Assembly: GCA_000165425.1 (NCBI GenBank)
Contig: CT868374.1
Span: 372,001 to 436,000, forward strand
DNA: 64,000 nucleotides
Source: Paramecium tetraurelia
Taxonomy: Eukaryota
Direction: 5' to 3'
Shown: one piece after another, positions 1-12,287 of the stretch
Position numbering within the stretch: position 1 is the first letter of the stretch
How the letters are laid out: the number at the start of each line of letters is the position of its first letter
Notes under the pieces: generated by a model
Seen by the model: only the letters and a program-made list of their open reading frames with translations
Database searches by the model: none
Told to the model about the DNA's origin: nothing
Translations under genes and position numbers: made by a program

Positions 1-479
1 ATAGAGATATTCGATAGTGATACGGCGAATATTTCGTAACATTTTTAAACTGCAAACGAATGGATAGAGAGAGGATTTAAGATTGGGGGTGTGTTAGGTA
101 GTAATTATATGTTTAAAGAAGCTAAGTTCATTGCATGGCAGGTATATCCCGTTCAGCAGCAATAGTTATTAGTTACCTGATAGAAAAGAAGAAGATGAAT
201 TATAATTAAGCGTTATCGTTTGTGAAATCTAAAAGACCATAAATTAATCCAAATAAGGGCTTTAGCAATTAATTACAAGCCTTTGTTGTTAAGGTCCAGT
301 AATCTCCATTGGCTAGAAACACGAGAGGCAACAATTTCCAGCAAAACCAAGAATATTATGATTGTAATTATTATGCTCCGATCAATCGGAAGGGATCAGC
401 GGGAATATTACAATAAAATATGAACTTTTATAAATCGATTACTAAATCAATTTCATAAAGTAAGAATAAAAATAAATGA
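1..479 (+). CDS. Dual-specificity protein phosphatase, 5'-truncated by window edge
   Basis: Table-6 translation after removing intron 98-126 gives VLVHCMAGISRSAAIVISYL (HCxxGxSRS catalytic loop) and VKSKRPQINPNKGF; TGA at 477-479. Confidence 0.92.
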
Positions 480-495
480 GTTAAATATATTCATT

Positions 496-858
496 TCAAC
501 TATTAAAAACGAATCTTCTTTATGTGTGAATGTTTACACACTTGGGAGACCTCCTTGGGGTTGAATCTTAATTCTTGGATACACTTAATTATGATTTAAT
601 AATCAAAGAGGGAAGTGTTCTTTGCTTAGGCAATTGACATTAGATAGGAGAGTTATAATATTCCATATATTTACGACTCTGTGGAACTATTTCAAATAAT
701 GGATTCTTTATTGTTAGATTCCTTGGGGTCTAGTTTTGTAACATCTTAAGCAATTGGTTTTGTAATTTGTTCCTCTTTATAGAATGACTTGGAGAGGAGG
801 CTTCCTGTTTCTACTTACTACTAATGTATTGAGAATGCGGGGATATTTGTTATCTCAT
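496..858 (-). CDS. Hypothetical protein (~120 aa)
   Basis: Intronless ATG-to-TGA frame of 121 codons (MRQQISPHSQY...RRFVFNS); no recognisable domain. Confidence 0.6.
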
Positions 859-869
859 AAATTAATTAA

Positions 870-1339
870 ATGAGAAAATAATAATAGGAAGAAGCAGAAG
901 AAGACTAGGCATCTCTGTTACCTATTAAGAATCATATCAAAAGAATTGAAGTAGATATTTAATTGAGGTCAATATTAGGAAATGTTGGTACTATTAAATA
1001 ATGATCTTGTGAATGATGATAAGGATATCGAAAAGAATAGACAAGATATCCGCAATTTAGGAGATGCTCAAAATAAGGAAAGAACACAATTACATAACTC
1101 ATTACTTGATCATTGTCATAAAATTGTAACTGATATGCGAGAATTAAATTAACAATCAAAAACTGAAACATATAATCTAAAATAACAAGTAATCAACTAA
1201 TTTATAAAAGCTTTCCTGTCTAAATCAAGACAAGATTAGATTATAATAAAATTTAATTGTACTCGAAAATAAAGTAATAGAAACAGACAAAGACATTGGC
1301 TTTAAACGTAGAAATCAATAATTAAATAAAAAAAAATGA
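870..1339 (+). CDS. Small coiled-coil protein (139 aa)
   Basis: Removing introns 951-978 and 1189-1210 gives 420 nt in one frame, with heptad-like sequence (LKQQLSCLNQDKIRLQQNLIVLENKVIETDKDIG). Confidence 0.8.
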
Positions 1340-1353
1340 ATTAAGAGTAATAG

Positions 1354-2770
1354 TCATAGTTAATCAAAATGCTCTGAGGTTTTTCTCAATTATCCAACTT
1401 GTAAATCTCCTACTTCCTCTTACGTCTATTATTCATTTAATAGTTCTTCAGAATTTCCCAAATCCTTCCATCTATTATCATTTAGATCGATAATCTGAAT
1501 CAAATCTTGTGGAACATAATGAACATGATTATCCCAATTATTCCAATTCATATTTAATGGACTAGTAGCTTCCTCATCTATTGGAGCAATCAAAGGGTTT
1601 TTGCTCCTAGGCAAATATTGCATCTAGGTCGTTATCTCTGATGATTATAATCTCCCATCAATTTTCCTAATATCCACAATATCGCAGTCATCATAGCTTA
1701 TTAATGACTTTTTGTGTTGTCTCTTATGAATCCAAGGATGCAAAACCAAATCTTTAAATTATTATTATTAACGAACCTTCAGCCGACAATCTTTTTTCTG
1801 GATCTTTCTTTAATAATCGTTTTAATAGGTCTTATTCTAATGTATTCAACAATTTAAAAGCTGTTTAATTTTTCACATTTATTTCTGAATCTCTAATCAT
1901 TTCTATTGTATCTAAAATAGTTTCCTACTAAAATGGCAACTACCCAACTAATAATTAATACAAAATTATGCCTATTGACCAAATATCAACTACAAATAGT
2001 TTCAGATTTACCTTTTTCATCGTATCCACCTCCTAAGAATATTTCAGGAGCTTAATAAAATAAGGAACCAGTTCTTGTCCACATATCTATTTTTTTAGTT
2101 GCTTTTCCTTTTACTAAAAACCTTTTTGAAACCCCAAAATCTATTAATTTTAATGCCAAATTATCTCCAATAAGAATATTGTCTGGTTTTAGATCTCTAT
2201 GACATATTCCTCTTGAATGCAACTATTTTATTGACTGAGCTAAATTTAAAGCAATTATTTAAATATCTTCCAATTTTAGATTTACCATTCTTTATTCCAA
2301 ACTCAAATATGGACAATATTCCATAACCAGGTGGTGTTCTTCTTTTTTAGAATTTATAAAAAGATCTAGTGCTCTAACTACACATTTCAGATCATTGAGT
2401 GCTCTATTTATATGAAATGTTTCTCTAATTGTATTAATTATTTCTGTATCTCCAGTTCTAAAGATTTTAACGGCATAAGTGGTTCTTTCTTTGTTATTCC
2501 AATTGGATTGATCTAGCTTATAACATGTCTTGACTATCCCGTGGGCTCCTTCGCCTAATGATAAATATTCATAGAACCGATCTGAAGATGGCCATATTCA
2601 TAAATATCACTAAAATGTCTAAATTGTTAACTTGCGATTTTTTATTGATCATTTTGTATAGGCGGAGACATGTTTTAAGGCGGAGGATTAAATTTCAAAT
2701 TTCTTTTCCTTTTACTAAAAAGTGTATTCTTTAAAGAATCTCTTATAGCCAATTAATTCTGCCGATTCAT
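1354..2770 (-). CDS. Ser/Thr protein kinase (CAMK-like)
   Basis: [41 protein letters not shown] motifs; short GT..AG introns; TGA at 1356-1354. Confidence 0.92.
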
Positions 2771-2900
2771 TGAAATATAAAATAAATTAAATATTTTCTA
2801 ATGAAAATATTGTTATTGCATAATGAAGTTGCAAATAGTTAAAACACCTTAAGAAATAAAATTCATCATTAATTTTAAATCACTCTTTATAATTCATAAA

Positions 2901-4923
2901 TCATCCTTATTTCTATCTAATATTATTCACTTTAAATTAAATATCTTATTTATTGGTTTATAATGATAATTATACAGCTTCAATATACTCCAAAAGTTTC
3001 TTAGCTATTTAAACAAATTGAATGTTTTCCATCTTCTACATTATCAATTGGGATATACAACAACTTCATCCTAAGGACAGCATTATAAGAACTACATTGT
3101 AGTGCAAATGATAGAAAAAAATTTATTTATTAATCTTTCTAATTTCCTCACACTATACATTATTATCCTTCAATTAATAGAATAAGATTCCATTATTTCA
3201 TGTAGAGTCACTGATTTGGAAAAATGTTCTAATATATTTGCTTTAATTCTATTTATTAAAAAATAAAAATAATAGAATAAATTCATTAAGTATTATTCTT
3301 TGTTGCCAAGGAAATAAAAATTTAATAAATTTGGTTTGTTTTTGATAACTATCCTAAGTGGAATAATACTAACTTAAATTCTTAAGAAATAAAAATATTC
3401 CAAAATAAAATGAACATTAATAAATTTATAGCTTCATACTGATATTAATTCATCTTTGAGCTTCTCTTCAAATTCAATAATCGTACGATAATTAAAATCA
3501 GCTGCTTCAAACTTATTTCTAAAGAATTAATTCTGCGGACTATCAAATGCAATCACATTGGAAAACTGTTGAAAAAGCACCTATCTTGTCACAAATAATT
3601 AAGGAAATTCATTATTATTTTCCTGAATTTAATGTTGTTGTTCGATTTGGGATGCCCCACTTTATTATTAACTATAATTGCTTAAAATTTCTGACAAAAT
3701 TGAGCTATTCGAATCTACAAGATAAGCATTTATTCTCTAAATCTAAAACTAAAAGATATATGTACTTATGTTCCTTTTAATTAGAATAGCTATTCACATA
3801 GGAACCCTGAATATAAAAGTTGACTTATTATTTTATTTTCTAATAATTCAATCATTTCCTACAAAAATAAAATTTTATAATATTTCCAAAGGTTTTTTTA
3901 TTCAATATGTATTAAATTACGAGTTAACTGATAAGCATAAAAACTTGCATCAATTGCGTTTCCTAAAATGATGGAATTGGAACTTCTAAATCGTACAATG
4001 CTTTTTATAATTTCTTAATATTAACTAAACTACTCATAAGAACTATTGAACTAATTTTCGTATATAAGATTTTTTGAAAACCTTATTAATTCATCATCTA
4101 TAATTTAATCGTCATCCCCTTGATTCCCATCAATATATTCTTCTCCAGTTAATAAGGCATATAAAATTGTTCCCATTTAATTATTCAAGCATCTACAAAT
4201 TGGATTGGTTTGATAAATATTAATATGTAAATTAAAAAAGTGATGGTATCTTTAACTAATGAATGTATTGTGGAGACAAGGAGGAGGCACATTCTCATGC
4301 CCTATTTGAATGGAAATTTATTGAAGGTCTTACAAGAAATTTTAGAAACTTAGCAAATAAAATGTACTATTTTCTTCTTATTCTCTAAATTATGGAGTTC
4401 CTAAACAAGGAGAAATGATAAGGACACAGTATCTTGTTAGTTGAAATTGGCCTGCAATTATGGGCCTCTAAGCCTAAGTCATTTGGTTGACAATTTATAA
4501 TTTTTACTAAAATTCCTGTTCTCTAAAAATTTAACAAATTGATCTCAAATAATATTTGTTTAAATTGTAGTATCCATATAAATTTTAGAAGAAAAAGAAC
4601 TCTTAACTTTCGTAATATTAGTTTAGGTTATTATTACCTTCCAATAAAAAATAAAGTATCCCGCAAATCATATATTTATATTTGTACTAATTGTAGATTA
4701 CTCTAAATTAATTTTATGGGCAATCATTACAACTTTAAGGCTAATAAAATATTCGATCTTCATTTTGTGATAATTCAATTTAAATAGTGTGAGGGCAAAT
4801 AAAACTATTTTAATTCGGAGAATAATTTCTTGTTTTTGAAATCGTATTCCAGAATATTGAATAAATTCTATCGATTGAGAAATTTGTTGGATCTGCTTGA
4901 ATCAAACGAATTCTTTAATCCAT
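2901..4923 (-). CDS. Hypothetical protein (~650 aa)
   Basis: Long table-6 frame from MDQRIRLIQADP; introns seen near 4608-4638 and 3035-3057; ends NNIRQKQG-TGA. Interior not traced codon by codon. Confidence 0.65.
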
Positions 4924-4971
4924 ATAAAAAATAATTGATTATATATATAAAAGACTTAAAAGTATTTAAAA

Positions 4972-5680
4972 ATGAATATTTTATAGAAACAAACACACAG
5001 GGCAACGGCAACTATTGAGTAATTAAATTTTTGTGAATGAAAAAATAATGTTTTTGTATTCTATTTTTCTTTGGTGTGTTTATTTTACAAATAATTTACT
5101 GATTCCTAAGCATTATTTGGTGCTACACTCTGGTCCAATAGAACGACATTTCATCTTGGGTCATTTTTTACATATGGCAAATAATGAAATTTTAGATGAG
5201 TATCATCATCGAAAATTATGAATGAAGTAAAATCCTACACTTATTCCAACAAATAAATGTAAAATTGAGCTTAGCATTAAAAGAATTTATTATTAAAATG
5301 ATTAATAATAGATAGATTAATTCATCTTTCTAAAAATGAATTATAAAAAAAGACAAGTTCCAAACTTTGATTCCAAAAAAAAAATTGATAAAAAGTGTGA
5401 ATTGTTGTTAAATCAATGATTCTCAAGATGGAACTTATAAGCAATAACAATTTAAGTTTGATATTCCTTAAATATCTAAATTTTTAAGTTTACCTTTGAG
5501 AGATTATTTGACAAGGATTTAAAGAAGCTGGAAGAGTGTGATAAGAGTTTTTACTGATAAAAATTATAAATCTGAAAATCCAAATCGATTTTTGGAGAAT
5601 ATTAACTTTAAAAGGTAACAAAATAAATAAGTTATTGACCAAAGAGGTTAAAAATAATATTAAAAATATACTGTTGTACA
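4972..5680 (+). pseudogene. Possible decayed gene remnant
   Basis: Coding-like fragments in shifting frames broken by TGA and an A-run near 5374-5384; no complete model. Confidence 0.25.
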
Positions 5681-5681
5681 T

Positions 5682-5781
5682 TCACTTTTTCTTGCTTGTT
5701 TTTTTATTGTCTTATTTTTATTATTCTTTTGGTTATTCTTTATTCACATCATTTGTTTTATTTTATTATTATTACTACTAC

Positions 5782-5848
<67 letters not shown>

Positions 5849-6586
5849 CTTGCTGCTATTATTATTCTTTTTACTCTTCTAATTTTAATTCCTTTAATAT
5901 AGATTCATTTTAGTATTGGTTTTTTGTGTCTTTTTTTTAATTCTAAACCTATCCTTTTTTATTATTATTTTATTGTTGCTTGCCCTATACCTGCTGTTAT
6001 TGCTATTATTGCTGATTTTATGTTTATTATTACACTACTTATTCTGGTTCTTGTTTTGAAGTTTTAACTTCTTATTTAGGTGGTGATGTTTGAATGTTTT
6101 ATTAATTTTTCTCTCCTTTTGGTGGAGATTAATCAACTTTATCAATTTGTTAATTTTTCAAATCCAAACTCTGTTTTCCTATGCTTTGTCTTTGAGCTGG
6201 TTCTTAGGAAAGGGATTACTGATATAATTCTTTTCTCTTTTATTCTTCCCTAAAGACCAATTCATACTTTGAAACTTCTTCCTAATTCTTTTGTTCTTTA
6301 TCTTGCATCTTTTTAACAAATTTTTCTAAAATGAACTTCAAATATACCATGTGCTTCTTTAGCAGCCTATTGAGCTTTAGTTTAGATGTTCTAATTTTTT
6401 AATTTTTTTTCATATTTCAATATTGTTTGAGCAGAAAATTCATAAACATTTCCAGTTGGTAAGCCTTTCTTGCATAATTGTCTAAGTAAATCTATGGTAT
6501 ATATTTAATTAACATTCATATGCTTCTTGCAAGCCTGAAGCTTGGATAACATTTTATTATTTCTCATTTTGCAATTATTTAGACAT
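5682..6586 (-). CDS. Gln-rich protein with N-terminal Dpy-30/RIIa-like (D/D) motif
   Basis: MSKQLQNEKQQNVIQASGLQEAYEYLLRQLCKKGLPTGNVYEFSAQTILKYEKK after intron removal; poly-Gln tract; ends KKTSKKK-TGA. Confidence 0.8.
5763..5846 (-). repeat. (TAA/TAG)n trinucleotide tract encoding ~28 Gln
   Basis: 84-nt TTA/CTA run on the + strand, in frame with the 5682-6586 gene. Confidence 0.95.
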
Positions 6587-6771
6587 GTAATTATTATTTA
6601 TTATAACATATATTATGTTTGATTCTTTTGAAGACAATAAGTGATAAAGTAAAAACCAATTTATTAACTAATTTTGGGTTTTGTAATTAAAAAGATCATT
6701 TTGTCTTCATGATATATTAATCCCCATTCCATTAACAAAACTTATTAATAATAAAAATATATATAGATATC

Positions 6772-7161
6772 ATGAATTAGTAAAAGTCAGATCTGGATCC
6801 AAAAGACTAAATTTTAAACATTTCTAAAATAAACCTGTGGGACAATATATCTTTTTATCAAAAATATTTTTGAATAAGTTTGGATAATTGAGTTTACATG
6901 CTTTAGGAGATGCTACGAGAAATGTCATTTCTATAGCACAGGCACTTGAAAGAAAAGTTCTTTCATATATTATTTTTATAGAAATACGCAAAAATAATAA
7001 AAATAGAGACCCAAACTTACTCACCAACTGAAATATCTGGAGGAAAGAAAATCAAATTGATTGCTTAATTGGATGTCACAGAAGAAGGAAAGTAACTAAT
7101 CAAGGAGGAGTTGGAGAATAGGAAGAAACCTTAATAAGATGTTTAAGATATAAATTAATGA
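6772..7161 (+). CDS. Alba-domain nucleic-acid-binding protein with a 1-nt frameshift near 6826-6830
   Basis: ILNISK then, in the -1 frame, NKPVGQYIFLSKIFLNKFGQLSLHALGDATRNVISIAQALERKKYAKIIKIET (Alba pattern); intron 6957-6981; spliced length 365 nt, one short of 3n. Confidence 0.78.
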
Positions 7162-7235
7162 AAACCAATACATATGTTTATTAACAGAAAAAGTTATTAA
7201 TATTATTGTTTTCCATTTAGGTCTCATATTAAATA

Positions 7236-9870
7236 TCAAAAATCTTTTTCCCATCCTTAATCTCCTTAATTTTGCCCATCCATCTGTCTAACACTTTATT
7301 CTTACTATAAATTAGTAATATATTTTCAAATACTTTTATTTCTTCCTCAATCATCTTGCCATTTTACTCTAAAGATTTTATTTCCAATTCAGGTAATAAT
7401 TTATCTGCAGGTGGCAAATAAGGAGTCTTTATTTCTTTTTCTAATAATTTTTCCTTGAAATAATAACGTTTGTTACCCAATCAAAGTTTTCAAACCAAGG
7501 ATTTCCTTTAAGGGAAGCGTAAGAACCTCCCAATCTAACTTCAGGAACACGAGAAAGTAATCTAATACTATTCAACTTAATTACTAATCCATTAATTTTT
7601 TAGCTTTTTTGTCTTTCAAATAATTTGGATAGGTAATGTCTTTTTTAATGATTTCCTCATAAATTTCATAAGGATCTTCTGCCTCTTCTCCAAAGGGGAC
7701 CATTCCACACATAAACTCATATAAGCAAATGCCAATAGACCATAAATCCACTAAGCAATTGTAACCCTTACCACAGATAATCTCGGGAGCCATGTCTAAA
7801 ATATAACAGCGATTAATTACAATGAGGAGTTCCTATGATAGTATAAGTACGAATAATTCCTTATTTTCCTTTGACAATTTTAGCAGTTCCTAAATCAATT
7901 AATTTAAGAAATCCTTTGTCATCAACCATAAAGTTCTCTGGTTTGATGTCTCTATAAATAATATTTTAGTGATGCAAGTATTCAGTGATCAAAATCATGG
8001 AAGCAACGTAAAATTGAGAATCATAAGTAGATAACAAACCTTTAACAATACACAAAAAATGTACCAATATCTCTTATAACATCAAATAATTCCATTCCTC
8101 TGACATATTCTAAAAGAAAATAAACGTCCAAGGTGTCTTTGAAAGTTTTCATGAAAGAAATAATAAACGGGAAATTCACTATCTCCAGCACTTGTTTCTC
8201 TTATTGCAGGTACATAAAAATAACATTAAATATTACTTTTCTAACGTTTATTCATTAATTTGATTCTTATTGAATGCCTTCAAAACATATAATTATTGAT
8301 TATATTTTGCTTTAACTAAATAAACTGGACCGAATTGACCATATGCAATAGTCTTAATATGAAGCAATTCAGACTTCTTAATATTTTAGGCTTCTTTCTT
8401 TTTTGTTTGATCAGACTTCTATAACTTCTTCTCTAAAATTTTTTCATTTTTTTTAATCACCTCTTCCAACTCTCCTTATATGCAATCAATAAAATTATCT
8501 GCAGTGATCTCAGCAATAACTCCATCCGTTTCCATGACAATATCATCGTCAAGTCTATATTTTGAATAAAAAATCACTTTACATTTTTGCTTTATTTGTC
8601 TATAAGAAATATTCCTCACCCCATGCTTAGGCTTTTGTTGCTACAGTAATACCAGATTTGCTCTTTTTTAAACTACCCTCAATAATAACGATGATTTTTT
8701 AGTTGGCTTATGTTCCCTTTTTCAAAATTACATCTCCTGCTTTACATGATGAGATTTTCATCACATCCAACACTTTGTCTATTTGGGCTTTTGTCAATTT
8801 GCTCAACAAAGCATTCTTTTCAAAAGCCCACTTTTAAAGATTTCTAAAAGTAACAACGTGAACCTAATCACCAAGTATTTTTGTAAGGGAATCTCTTCCC
8901 AAAGCCAAGCACTTCACATCATCTTCAGCTCTGACAGTCATTTATCTGACTGTATTATAATATAAGGCTTATTCACCAAATGAATCTCCTTTATACAATT
9001 TTCTTACTTCTTTGTTACCCTTCAATACGGAAACGGTTCCCTAAAAAAAGTAATTAAGTTTAAGTCATACTTCTTTAATTATATAGAATGATGATCCTGG
9101 ATCTCCTTCATTTACAATTATTTGATTCTTATAGAACTTTTAGACAATTAAAACAGCTGCAATTGCATCCTTTTATTCATTGGTCAAATTGTCTAATCAT
9201 ATATACGGATTGATTTACGAAAAAATCTAACTACTTCCATGAATTTTCTATTTTCTTCATATTCTTTTGTGATCATTTCCTCAACAGCCCTTCTAAAGGT
9301 GTTTCTATCAATTCCCCAAAGATTACAGTTCTCAAAACACTTTACAGATGCAGAACGAGGGGCATTATATAAGAGAGCTAACTCTCCGAATCCATCTCCA
9401 GTCTTTAATTCTCTTTTTGCCTAATTTTCAAATTCGTAAGTTTACTTTTTCATTTACAATTACTTCCAAGCTTCCTCTTTATAAAATAAAAAAACAAGTT
9501 GCATGGTCTTATTATTTAAAAATATAGGCTCCTGCTGCAGCTTCGCAATAAAACATTTTGTTCACAATGTTCTCTCTAGAAAATATAAATCATATAAAGT
9601 TACAGTTCAGCTTCACTTAAATTGTAAAATACAAAATGGTTTTTTAAGCAAGTCAAAATAAAAGTAGTATCATTTAGTGTTTTTTTCATATCGATTCTTT
9701 TGACATTCTCATGTATTACCTCACCTCCTTCGTGGATATTGTGTTTAAAATTTTAAAGTTTGTCCTAAAATTCAATGGGTAAATACGTTTTCATCTCCTC
9801 CAGAACGTTGATCCTCTTCTCCATCACAATGTATTTAATTATCAGAGTTGTTCTATGATCTTGGATCCAT
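7236..9870 (-). CDS. PKG: cGMP-dependent protein kinase-like (tandem CNB domains + AGC kinase)
   Basis: [16 protein letters not shown] and [16 protein letters not shown] cyclic-nucleotide cassettes plus a degenerate third (WGEEYFL); kinase [24 protein letters not shown]-terminal WEKDF-TGA; about a dozen tiny introns. Confidence 0.92.
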
Positions 9871-10484
9871 AAAATATAATTTAATATTTATATATAGAAA
9901 ATTTAGATAAGAAATAAGCTTTCAATTTCTCTCAATCCCATAACGATTCAAAATTGCATGATTATTATGATTCAATACTCTGATTATGCAATCAATTTAA
10001 TAATCAATCAAAACCCTTTAAAATCTGTTCCAACTCCTTCTCTTCATCTCAAAAGTAATTCAAACCTTCAGAAGTTCAGATACATTGCCTTATCATATTG
10101 ATGAGTACAATATAGAATTCTTCCTACTTTTTTTGATTGTCATATATTTATTTTAATCAAACTATTTATATTATAGTATAAATTAATTGTATGTTTTACA
10201 ATGCTGATTTAAATTTATTAATAATCAAAAAATTAACTAATATTGCTGTTCTTATATACTTCTTAATTGAAAATTTCAGTTTTATAGCAAATATATTGTT
10301 TTAATATTAGAATAATTAGGCTAATTAATTTATTTCCTAGAAAAATTAAAAAGGAAGTTTTAATTTCATAAATTGAGCAAACAGTAATCCTAAAAGAGGA
10401 GTTTTTCTCAAAATTGTCCTTGCCATTTTATCCATTCCCCTATAGGTGTAGGCGATTTACTAATAAAACATTTAAGTTAATATA

Positions 10485-12264
10485 ATGATGAATTAAAGAT
10501 TTAATTATTTAAAGATATATAAATTATAATCATTCTCTTGTATAAATGATAGTATTCAAAGTTCAGAGCCAAATAAAGTTATCCCGCCAGGATTTTTTGT
10601 GTGTTCTTTTGTCTTGAAAGTTTTCTATAATAGTTTTTGAATGAAGCGATTGAATTATAACAATCTGATTGTAAGACGACCTTGTTTCGCAATTTTCCAA
10701 GGGCTCATCAATCACTGTGTCATCAAGAGTTTATTTTTATAATTCACTTAAAGGATTCGAAAAGTAGCATTTTTGGTTTATAAGAAATCGATCCATTAAT
10801 ATAATTTAATTAGTTGATACAATCAAATTAGAGAATTTAAAAATCTATATAATCACGCTTAGGTTTCGTAGAAACTTAGTCAATAAAGATTTATCTGGAC
10901 ATGTGTAAATGGCTAGTTATAATGAAAAATCCAGTTTAAATATATAAATAAGAAATGCCTAATTAAATTAATAATAAATTATTATTCATGGAATTTCATT
11001 CAAAGATTTTACAGGGGCAGTCAAATAAATTATTAATTGGGTAATTCATTTAAGTAATATAAACAATCGATAATTTGAGGATAAACTTTGTCGAATCTAT
11101 TTTGAGTATGAATTATTGAATCCATTAAATACCCTGATGGATGACCTTTCTGTAAAACAATCATTGTCCGAGTTTCTAAATAAAATTTAAGATGTAAGTT
11201 GAGGAATTATTTAGATTACAAGTTTAATCAATTTTGGCTTGAAACCTGTTGGCTTATATTTTAAAAGCGAATTACCTGAGTATTGCAGGAACAATAGCAT
11301 ATTAAAAAAGATTTGTAGCATTTTTAATATTGATACCTTGTTATTATATTCTCAAAATTAAAAATTGGCATTCTCTTCAAAGGTATATAGATTTTTAAAA
11401 TCAAAAGAACATTACCACCAGCGTGGCTATTGTGAAAATAATAGATTAATTTGATCTCAGAAGAATTAAATTATAAACAAGTCTTAGATTCAACCTGGGA
11501 TAATAAATAGATGTCCAAAGCACATTAGAGAAGGTGCGTAAGAATTATGAGAACCTAAATCTCCTACACAATAATTAGCTTTTAGTGTAATAGCAATAAT
11601 TAAATGAAATTGCCAATTCGAAGGAGATCGTTTTAGGCTATTTCATGGCATAGACACAATCAAGTGAATGTGTATAAAATGATTAAACTTCAATTCTTTA
11701 AGGGGACTTGAGCATTTTAATATTAGCTGATTCAAAAATTACGATATCAGATATAAAATCAGTATGAATAACATGAATATTTAGTTAATTTTGAATGATT
11801 TATTGGAATCAGTGAAAGTAAGATTATCATAAGAATTGAATCCCCCATGTTATTTGGCAAAAAGATTGTTAATAACATTTAAGTAGAATGATTTAATATT
11901 GCAAAATTACATAGATCACGAATTTAATAAGGAGTAGGAGATCAATTATATAAATTAATATTTCCCAAATTAGTAAATCGACTAGATAAAAATTCTAGAG
12001 AGTAAATAAAAAGTAAAGTTAGAATAACCAAAATAACAACAACAATAACAACAATAACAATAATAATAATAATAATAATAATAACAATAACAATAATAAT
12101 AATAAATTAAAGAAACAATATATGAGAATTAAAAAGAAGCAGTTGGATAATAAAATTAATAATAGTAATAGCAAGACATAAAAGGGAAAGTAAAATAGGA
12201 ATATTTAATAATGTTGGCAATATTCGGAATACTGGTAGCAATATATTTGAATACATTATTTTGA
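10485..12264 (+). CDS. ODR-4-like tail-anchored membrane protein with poly-Gln linker (5' structure uncertain)
   Basis: ILNDLLESVKVRL..YLAKRLLITF..ILQNYI resembles the ODR-4 C-terminal core; C-terminal TM YLIMLAIFGILVAIYLNTLF; several GT..AG introns; alternative start ATG at 10909. Confidence 0.6.
12034..12105 (+). repeat. (TAA/CAA)n tract encoding 24 Gln
   Basis: 72-nt in-frame run of TAA and CAA codons. Confidence 0.93.
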
Positions 12265-12287
12265 ATATTTTTGTGATATATGTAACT

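Noticed and set aside
5635..5902. Poly-Tyr and poly-Ile ORFs on the + strand
   Set aside because: Antisense shadows of the minus-strand (TAA)n poly-Gln tract.
9954..9991. C/D-box-like element (TTGCAT stem, ATGATTA, CTGA)
   Set aside because: Only ~38 nt, too short for a C/D snoRNA, and the C box is imperfect.
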